DNA from: a virus
Lineage: Duplodnaviria > Caudoviricetes
Reading direction: 5' to 3' (one strand)
Length of the DNA: 64,000 nucleotides
IMG/VR virus record: IMGVR_UViG_3300028048_000057
Coordinates: 32,001 to 96,000 of that record
In this document: positions 57,549-64,000 of the stretch, piece by piece
How positions within the stretch are numbered: position 1 is the stretch's first letter
Layout of the letters: the number at the start of each line of letters is the position of its first letter
The notes under the pieces: generated by a model
Told to the model about the DNA's origin: nothing
Databases searched by the model: none
What the model saw: only the letters and a program-made list of their open reading frames with translations
Made by a program: the position numbers and the translations under genes

Positions 57549-57892
57549 TATACACAAGTTATTTTGCACATATTAGTAAACTACCAAAGGAATATCCATT
57601 ATACTATATATCCAACAGTACTATAAATTCTAGGATACAACAATTATCTTGTGTAGTTCCAGATTGGCATATTGTAAAAGATTACAAAGATGGACTTATA
57701 AATGAAGAAGTTTATACACAGAAGTATTTACAAATGTTAGAAGACAATAAAGAAGAAATATTAAAACAAATTAAAAATTTGCCTAACAATTCAGTATTAT
57801 TGTGTTATGAAGGTAAAACTAAATTTTGTCATAGACATGTATTAGCAGATTGGCTAAAAACATATAATATTGAAATAGAAGAAATTGAATAA
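57545..57892 (+). CDS. DUF488-family protein
   Basis: MIYTSYFA...LLCYE...FCHRHVLADWL. Confidence 0.8.
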   Translation: MIYTSYFAHISKLPKEYPLYYISNSTINSRIQQLSCVVPDWHIVKDYKDGLINEEVYTQKYLQMLEDNKEEILKQIKNLPNNSVLLCYEGKTKFCHRHVLADWLKTYNIEIEEIE

Positions 57893-58002
57893 AGGTGTAT
57901 AATAATTATATGATAGAGAAAATAGCATTGTGTCTAATTGTTTGTGTATTAACTATTGCATTGTTGATATTTATAGATTATCTAGGAGATAGTGATTAAG
58001 TT

Positions 58003-58254
58003 ATGAAAAAAGTAGTAATGTATGGTAGACATAGTAAGAAGCCTTTGTTTGTAGGAACAGAAGAGGAATGTCTTAAATGGATTTTCTCCCAAGCAAGTGA
58101 CAATATTAAATATATTAAGGAAGATGGAACGGAAGCCATGCTTGTAAGAGAGGTTCATGCAAAAGAAGGAATTGCTTATGATGTAGGTCAACCTGTTATG
58201 TATCAAATAGTTGAAGCAAAAGAAAATGAAACAAAAGGTATTTACAATAATTAA
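58003..58254 (+). CDS. Hypothetical protein
   Basis: AGGAG upstream. Confidence 0.6.
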   Translation: MKKVVMYGRHSKKPLFVGTEEECLKWIFSQASDNIKYIKEDGTEAMLVREVHAKEGIAYDVGQPVMYQIVEAKENETKGIYNN

Positions 58255-58273
58255 GAAAGGAAATTAATATTAT

Positions 58274-58552
58274 ATGAAAAAATTATTTCTATCATTATTA
58301 GCAATTGCATCATTAACATTAACAGGATGTAATGCAGACCTTGGATTTGGAAGTTATTCATTCCATTTTGTTCATGTTCAAATGTACAGCATGAGTGAAC
58401 CAGTTCATTTTAGAATAGATACATGGAAAAGTGATGATGGTGGAATAGAACTAAAATTAGTTAATCATGGTACTATTCTCTTAGGAGATGGAACATATAT
58501 GATGTATGATGTTGAAAATTGTCCAATTTGTGGTCATGTGGAGTATAAATAA
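58274..58552 (+). CDS. Small lipoprotein
   Basis: MKKLFLSLLAIASLTLTGC lipobox. Confidence 0.75.
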   Translation: MKKLFLSLLAIASLTLTGCNADLGFGSYSFHFVHVQMYSMSEPVHFRIDTWKSDDGGIELKLVNHGTILLGDGTYMMYDVENCPICGHVEYK

Positions 58553-58941
58553 TGAAGAAAAAAGATATTATTGATTTGATTATTGCTCATTATGAAGATG
58601 ATTCAAGAACATTTTTCCATAGAACTATTGAGGTTTTAAAAGAATTTCAAGAAGATGGTGATAATGAATTAGTTGAATATGTTAGTAATATTCTAAAGAG
58701 TAAAGTTAAAATTGCTCCAAAAAGAAAATTTACTAAAGTAGAAGATTTACAAGAAGAAATTTCATTTGATGATGCTGTTGATTTAGGTTGGATTCCCATG
58801 AATAGAGATGAAGTAGAAAAATATTCTATCTGTCCAAACTGTGGTAGTGATAATATTGCAGGGAATAGAGATTTTTCTGACCCTTGGATTAAATGCTTAG
58901 ATTGTGGATTCTATTTAAGAGAAGGTAAAAAACATGAGTAA
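58552..58941 (+). CDS. Protein resembling the N-terminal domain of IetA-type AAA ATPases, plus Zn ribbon
   Basis: MKKKDIIDLIIAHYEDD...F...E..KEF...GD.ELVEY; CPNC...CLDC. Confidence 0.45.
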   Translation: MKKKDIIDLIIAHYEDDSRTFFHRTIEVLKEFQEDGDNELVEYVSNILKSKVKIAPKRKFTKVEDLQEEISFDDAVDLGWIPMNRDEVEKYSICPNCGSDNIAGNRDFSDPWIKCLDCGFYLREGKKHE

Positions 58942-59137
58942 AGATGAGATACTAATGAATATTGCTACTGTAGAAGAAACTAAAGCACAAAACATTATGG
59001 GATGTTCTGAAAACTGGTATAACCCTTACTATGCTATTGGACACACATTTACTTATGAAGAACTATATAAAATGTCAGAAGAAGAACTTAATGATTTAGT
59101 TAAACTTGCTGATAAGATTTCGGAGTATTTATATTAG
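58934..59137 (+). CDS. Hypothetical protein
   Basis: Coupled ORF. Confidence 0.65.
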   Translation: MSKDEILMNIATVEETKAQNIMGCSENWYNPYYAIGHTFTYEELYKMSEEELNDLVKLADKISEYLY

Positions 59138-59151
59138 GAGGTGCTATTATA

Positions 59152-59451
59152 ATGAGAAATTATTCTCAAGAAGTAATAAACTTCTTATTAAATCAAGGTG
59201 GTAATATCATTGTTACTTTGAGAGATAATAGTGTTTATGTTGGAACTTTAGTTCCAGGATATGGTTCACATTATAGGCTTATTCCACCTACTATAAATGA
59301 TGGAGGAATGGGTTTTTCAAGAAGTGATATCAAACAAATTGTATTATTTAATGGATTAATATTTCCAAAAGAAATGAGTGGCCCTCATAAAATACTTAAC
59401 ATATTAGAACTAAATGATTTAGTTAACAAAGCAGGATATGAATTTATATAA
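59152..59451 (+). CDS. Hypothetical protein, possible Sm/SH3-like beta barrel
   Basis: AGGAGG RBS; IIVTLRDNSVYVGTL...SDIKQI. Confidence 0.55.
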   Translation: MRNYSQEVINFLLNQGGNIIVTLRDNSVYVGTLVPGYGSHYRLIPPTINDGGMGFSRSDIKQIVLFNGLIFPKEMSGPHKILNILELNDLVNKAGYEFI

Positions 59452-59453
59452 TT

Positions 59454-59909
59454 ATGAAAAAGTTAACCAATCAAGAAATTGAATTTATTAAGAAAACAGG
59501 ATTTACTCCTACTGTTTTTCAATGTAATGAATGGGATAGGACTAATAAGGCACCTTATTATATTAATAATATTGATGAAGCACATTATGTTGCTATTGAT
59601 TATTTTAATATTAATTTAATTGAATTTATGGGTAAAACTGCAAACATAAATATGTGTGATAAGATTAATTTAGATTATGAAGCCACCTATTTGTTTTATA
59701 CTTTCTTCTCTAAAGAAGAATTGTTAGATTTAGATACTTCATGGGCTCTTAAATGGCTACAAGATTTCAAATATTATTTTGGATATAGAAAATGGACTGA
59801 AAAAGATGTTGAACTTGCTATACAAGATGCTTTGGAAATATATGGTGGTTCAAGAGAATTTTATGAGTGTCAAGAAGATGGAGAAGTTTGGAATAGAGTA
59901 ATTAATTAA
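59454..59909 (+). CDS. Hypothetical protein
   Basis: ORF in operon. Confidence 0.65.
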   Translation: MKKLTNQEIEFIKKTGFTPTVFQCNEWDRTNKAPYYINNIDEAHYVAIDYFNINLIEFMGKTANINMCDKINLDYEATYLFYTFFSKEELLDLDTSWALKWLQDFKYYFGYRKWTEKDVELAIQDALEIYGGSREFYECQEDGEVWNRVIN

Positions 59910-59918
59910 AAAAAATAT

Positions 59919-59946
59919 TTGACAAATAAATAAAAACCTCTATAAT
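59919..59946 (+). promoter_or_regulatory. Sigma70/SigA-type promoter
   Basis: TTGACA-16 bp-TATAAT. Confidence 0.75.
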
Positions 59947-59970
59947 TATAGATAGATGGAGGTACTCAAC

Positions 59971-60936
59971 ATGAATATTAGTGGTGTTGAAAATATGATT
60001 GGTAAGGAACTTACCTATAAAGGAAAACAATATATTATTGACAATTATGAAACTCATAATTATGATGGTAAAGGAGACCAACTTTATTTTGGTTTAAAAT
60101 CTACTAAAGGGTCAAAGGATAAAACATATATTTCTACAAAAACCTTTGATAGAGGTGAAACTTCTACAAAAGATGAAGATTTACAATTATTTGTTAAAAA
60201 ATTAAACAATGACTTTGATATTCAAAGTGAAGTTATCCTTGAACAAAGAAGGGTTAAAGAAGAACAAGAGAGAATCCTCAAAGCACAAGAAGAAAAAGAA
60301 GAACTTAAAAGAGAACTTCAATTCAAAGAAGAAGAAAAATTAGATGGTGCCAAAAGAGGCAAAGAAGATGCTAGAAATAAGATTTCAGCACTTTATAATA
60401 TCTTTACATCTAAAGAATATAAATGTATTGTTAAGGCTAATGAATATAGTCCAGAATTTAGAAATGCCTATATTGTTTCTTATGAAGATGAAAAGAAGCA
60501 AATGAAACAAGAAAGATTAATTGCTTCTAGAGCAAAGTATGATACTTTAGATGAATATCCAGGGGATTTAGATGAACTTATCTTATGGATGAGAAAAAAT
60601 CTCCTTAGAGTTGATGTATTTGCTTCTCCAGATAAAATTAAGAATGAACAAATGGCTATTGATGCTATTAATTCAAGAGATGGAACTGATTATCAAGTTA
60701 AGATTAGACAAGGACAATATGTTGCTTATGAAGCCTTCTTCAAGAATCCTACAACTGCACCTAAAGAATTCTTATCTTGGATGGTTAGTAAACATGATTA
60801 TACCACTAGTGATTTAAATCAAAGAGTCATGGCACATCCTATGAATGTTAGTACAGGAAAGATGACTTGTAATGCTTTAGTTAAAGAGTTGGTGTATAAT
60901 AGTGAATATGCCTTTCATCTTGGAAAGGCTCTTTAA
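59971..60936 (+). CDS. Hypothetical protein with central coiled coil (start moved to ATG 59971)
   Basis: GGAGG precedes ATG 59971. Confidence 0.7.
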   Translation: MNISGVENMIGKELTYKGKQYIIDNYETHNYDGKGDQLYFGLKSTKGSKDKTYISTKTFDRGETSTKDEDLQLFVKKLNNDFDIQSEVILEQRRVKEEQERILKAQEEKEELKRELQFKEEEKLDGAKRGKEDARNKISALYNIFTSKEYKCIVKANEYSPEFRNAYIVSYEDEKKQMKQERLIASRAKYDTLDEYPGDLDELILWMRKNLLRVDVFASPDKIKNEQMAIDAINSRDGTDYQVKIRQGQYVAYEAFFKNPTTAPKEFLSWMVSKHDYTTSDLNQRVMAHPMNVSTGKMTCNALVKELVYNSEYAFHLGKAL

Positions 60937-60941
60937 TAGTT

Positions 60942-61127
60942 ATGAAATGGGCAATTAAAATTAGATATTTAGAATCAAAATATGGTGGAGATGGTAAATG
61001 GCATAGAAAGACCACCAAATGGTATGAAGATTCTAATGATGCTTGGGAAGAAAATGATAAATTTTTAGCCAAAAATTCTATTAAAATTGATGAATCATCT
61101 TCAAGTCTTATTCACAAGGAGATTTAA
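60942..61127 (+). CDS. Hypothetical protein
   Basis: Short ORF in operon. Confidence 0.55.
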   Translation: MKWAIKIRYLESKYGGDGKWHRKTTKWYEDSNDAWEENDKFLAKNSIKIDESSSSLIHKEI

Positions 61128-61130
61128 TAA

Positions 61131-61406
61131 ATGACTTATTTTAGTGTTTTAAAGAAAAGAGGATACAAGCCTCTAGTTATAGGTAGAAAACTTTCAGTAT
61201 ATTCCAAGAATCATAGATTAAATGTAGCCACTATTGTTGTTTTAAAAGATTCCCATTGTAAAGGTCAAGATATATCTTTTGAAGTTAGACAATTAATTAA
61301 AGACAATGGAAACAATCAATCCAATTTAGATAATGCCTACTTATTAAATGAAGTCAATTTTATTTTAAATGAATTTAATAGACTTAAGGAGAGAAAACAA
61401 GCATGA
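61131..61406 (+). CDS. Hypothetical protein
   Basis: AAGGAG RBS. Confidence 0.65.
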   Translation: MTYFSVLKKRGYKPLVIGRKLSVYSKNHRLNVATIVVLKDSHCKGQDISFEVRQLIKDNGNNQSNLDNAYLLNEVNFILNEFNRLKERKQA

Positions 61407-61996
61407 GAAAATTATTAAAACATTTAAAAACAATTAGAACCCATAGAAAATATGTTAGAAAGATGTGTTGGAAAATGGGACTTTTTTGGCAAGGAATTTT
61501 TCATGACCTTTCTAAATATTCTTTTGCAGAACTCAAGATGTGTAAATATTGGACAGGAAAAGGAAGTCCACATCAAGCATGTAGAGAAGTTTTAGGTTAT
61601 TCTCCATCTTGGACTCACCACTATCATGTAAATAAACATCATTATGCCTATTGGTGGGATGAAGATGAATTAGGGAATATTATTCCTATTAAAATGCCTT
61701 ATAAATATGTAATTGAAAGTTTTTGTGATATGTTAGGTGCCTCTAAGGCATACAATTCTAAAAATTGGGAACCTAAAATGCTTTATAATTATTGGGTGGA
61801 TAAGTGTGAAGGTAAAAGAATAATGCATGAAGAATCAATCTATTTAGTACATAAATTGATTTGGAATTTATATGAAATGGGTGAAGAAAAATTCTTAATT
61901 TGGTATAAACAAGCAAAAACATACTTGAAAGAAAATTATGAAAAAGGTATACTAGAAATAGTAGACAAGGAGGCCATGCCAATTTATGATAAATAA
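61403..61996 (+). CDS. HD-superfamily protein (DUF5662-like)
   Basis: H...HRKYV, HDLSKYS..E, HHYHVNKHH, E.FCD. Confidence 0.8.
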   Translation: MRKLLKHLKTIRTHRKYVRKMCWKMGLFWQGIFHDLSKYSFAELKMCKYWTGKGSPHQACREVLGYSPSWTHHYHVNKHHYAYWWDEDELGNIIPIKMPYKYVIESFCDMLGASKAYNSKNWEPKMLYNYWVDKCEGKRIMHEESIYLVHKLIWNLYEMGEEKFLIWYKQAKTYLKENYEKGILEIVDKEAMPIYDK

Positions 61997-62225
61997 AATT
62001 GTTAAACAAGCAAGTCTTAGTAAAGAGCAATATAATAATTTATATTTTGAAATTTGTAGACAACTTCAAAAAGAGGCTCTAGATGAAATTGATTTTACCT
62101 TTTTTGTTGTATATGGATTAAAGTTTAAAGTAGAAGAAATTAAAAATAAAGATAATGTAATAATTATAGTTACTTTAACCTATACAAGTAAAGAATCTTC
62201 AAGAGGAGATACAACTAATGAATAA
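61986..62225 (+). CDS. Hypothetical protein
   Basis: AGGAGG RBS. Confidence 0.6.
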   Translation: MINKIVKQASLSKEQYNNLYFEICRQLQKEALDEIDFTFFVVYGLKFKVEEIKNKDNVIIIVTLTYTSKESSRGDTTNE

Positions 62226-62547
62226 ATTAATGTCTAAAAGTTTGAACCCTATGCAATTAGCCATTGTATATAAAAATGTGGTTGAACTTACTCAAGGTAC
62301 AGAAGTAGCCAAGGATAGAGAACAATTAAAAAAGATTATTAAAGAGGAATATCATAAATTATATCCTCATTCTTATATGCCTATTAATGATAAAGAAGAA
62401 ACTTTAACTTCTATATATAATAACTACGGAAGAATTGAAGAACTTGCCATTGAATTAGGCATTAAAGATATTGATAATTTATTAAATTGTATTGCAATGG
62501 GAGCAAGAGCAAAGTCCAAAACAACCAAAAAGAAAAAGGAGAATTAA
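62218..62547 (+). CDS. Hypothetical protein
   Basis: GAGGAG RBS. Confidence 0.6.
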   Translation: MNKLMSKSLNPMQLAIVYKNVVELTQGTEVAKDREQLKKIIKEEYHKLYPHSYMPINDKEETLTSIYNNYGRIEELAIELGIKDIDNLLNCIAMGARAKSKTTKKKKEN

Positions 62548-62550
62548 TAT

Positions 62551-63984
62551 ATGTTTTATTTAAATAAATTTATTAAGATTCCTAATAAAAGAGTAGAGGA
62601 TGCTCTTTTTTGGCTTTATCCTTATTTTAAAGATGCTAAAAAAGAACTATACCTTGTAGGTGGATGTGTTAGAGATATGCTCTTAGGTAAGGAACCTAAA
62701 GATTATGATTTTTGCACTAATGTATCTCCAGAAGAAGTTAAACAAATTTTAAGTAAAAATTCTAGATATAGTTTTATTGACACTGGATTAAAGCATGGTA
62801 CAATTACAGTTCATGATAAATGTTTAGATTTATTTTTTGAAATTACTACTTACAGAGTTGATGGTGCATATGAAGATAATAGACATCCAATTAAAGTTAG
62901 TTGGACTTCTAGTTTAGAAGAAGACCTTAGAAGGAGAGACTTTACTATTAATTCATTTGCATATGACCCTTTAGAAAAAGAATTGGTTATGTTAGATGAA
63001 ACTTATCTATATGACCTTAAATTAGGAATCATTAGATGTGTTGGAAATCCTATTGAAAGATTTAATGAAGATGCCTTAAGAATGCTTAGAGCAATTAGGT
63101 TTAGTGCTCAATTAGGGTTCACTATTGAGAAAGAAACTTATAATGCAATTATTCAAGGTGCTCCTCTTATTCAATACATATCTAAAGAAAGAATTAGAGA
63201 TGAATTAACTAAAATTCTTTTGAGTGATAATCCTCAAATGTTAGAATTGTTTAGTTTAACTACATTAGAACATCATGTATTTGAATCAAATACTCCTTAT
63301 ATTGAATCTATGTTACAATGTGAACATGAGAACCCATGGCATTATACAGATGTATTTCATCACACAATGGATGTAATTAAACATCTTCCAAAAGATTTTG
63401 ATTTAAGGTGGAGTGCTTTAATGCATGATATGGGAAAACCTAAAGTAAAGAAACAAAGACCACAAGGGCCTATTGGACACATGGTTTATTATGGGCACCC
63501 AGATATTTCAGAAAAGATTGCTTTAGAAATTATGGAAATTTTAAAATTCTCCAATGAATCTAAGGAAAAAATTAGAAAATTTGTTAAATATCATGACTAC
63601 CCTTTAGATGAAGTTAGTGATGTAAAATTTAAAAAGATGATTATTAATATTGGCCAAGATAATTTTATTGATTTTCTTAAATTAAGAGAAGCAGATGCTT
63701 TAGCACATAGATTACTTAAAAGCACACAATATATTATTGATGCACCAAGTATTGTTAAAGATAGATATATGAAAATAGTTATGAATAAAGAACCTTTAAC
63801 TTTAAAAGACCTTGTTATTAATGGGAATGATTTAAAGAAATTTAAAGTTAGTGGAATTCATATAGGTCAGTGTTTAAATAGATTATTAGATAGAGTTTTA
63901 GAAGACCCTGATTTAAATAAAAAAGAAACATTATTAAATATAGCCAAAAGTTACTTTTGGAAATTAGGTTTATTGGAGGATTAA
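62551..63984 (+). CDS. cca: Class II tRNA nucleotidyltransferase (CCA-adding/poly(A) polymerase family) with HD domain
   Basis: VGGCVRD, DYD, RRDFTIN, EDALRMLR, ERIRDEL, MHDMGK. Confidence 0.9.
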   Translation: MFYLNKFIKIPNKRVEDALFWLYPYFKDAKKELYLVGGCVRDMLLGKEPKDYDFCTNVSPEEVKQILSKNSRYSFIDTGLKHGTITVHDKCLDLFFEITTYRVDGAYEDNRHPIKVSWTSSLEEDLRRRDFTINSFAYDPLEKELVMLDETYLYDLKLGIIRCVGNPIERFNEDALRMLRAIRFSAQLGFTIEKETYNAIIQGAPLIQYISKERIRDELTKILLSDNPQMLELFSLTTLEHHVFESNTPYIESMLQCEHENPWHYTDVFHHTMDVIKHLPKDFDLRWSALMHDMGKPKVKKQRPQGPIGHMVYYGHPDISEKIALEIMEILKFSNESKEKIRKFVKYHDYPLDEVSDVKFKKMIINIGQDNFIDFLKLREADALAHRLLKSTQYIIDAPSIVKDRYMKIVMNKEPLTLKDLVINGNDLKKFKVSGIHIGQCLNRLLDRVLEDPDLNKKETLLNIAKSYFWKLGLLED

Positions 63985-64000
63985 TATATTTAAAGGAGAA

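Noticed and set aside
695-62030. All short minus-strand ORFs in the track, and the nested + ORF 60611-60817
   Set aside because: They are shadows of long + strand genes (S/F/L/I-rich antisense of E/K/D codons) with no RBS or promoter support.
1-64000. Stop-codon reassignment
   Set aside because: Genes are full length in code 11, TAA, TAG and TGA all end genes at sensible boundaries, and there is no suppressor tRNA.

Overview
A 64 kb fragment of a large, very AT-rich contractile-tailed (myovirus-type) phage. It uses the standard bacterial code and every credible gene is on the + strand. The host is probably a low-GC Bacillota lineage (inference). Layout: small hypothetical genes (1-2 kb); a ~23 kb block of very acidic multi-module proteins punctuated by ES(L/I)xE linkers and interleaved with T4-like neck genes (2.3-25 kb); a T4-like neck/tail/baseplate module (25-43.6 kb); SNF2 helicase, redoxin-nrdD-nrdG and a GIY-YIG nuclease (44-49.7 kb); an RNA-centred locus (49.7-53.4 kb); then a lipase, an AEP-like protein, DUF488 and HD proteins, and a CCA-type tRNA nucleotidyltransferase. 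Three main observations. (1) A six-tRNA cluster (Tyr, Leu, Gln, Trp, Pro, Phe) lies directly behind an intrinsic terminator and an unannotated 32-codon leader ORF. The leader's central codons (QFTLQPLPYWY) are the ones read by those six tRNAs, and they are followed by a perfect 11-nt antiterminator. This is a candidate ribosome-stalling attenuator that turns on phage tRNAs when host tRNAs fail. (2) A TROVE-like/TerD gene is flanked by three copies of a covarying bulged RNA helix, one of which encloses a circularly permuted tRNA-like (YrlA-type Y RNA) domain. (3) The acidic proteins look like capsid-packaged polyproteins that a prohead protease could cut into effector modules. All family assignments come from motif recognition by eye, not from database searches.
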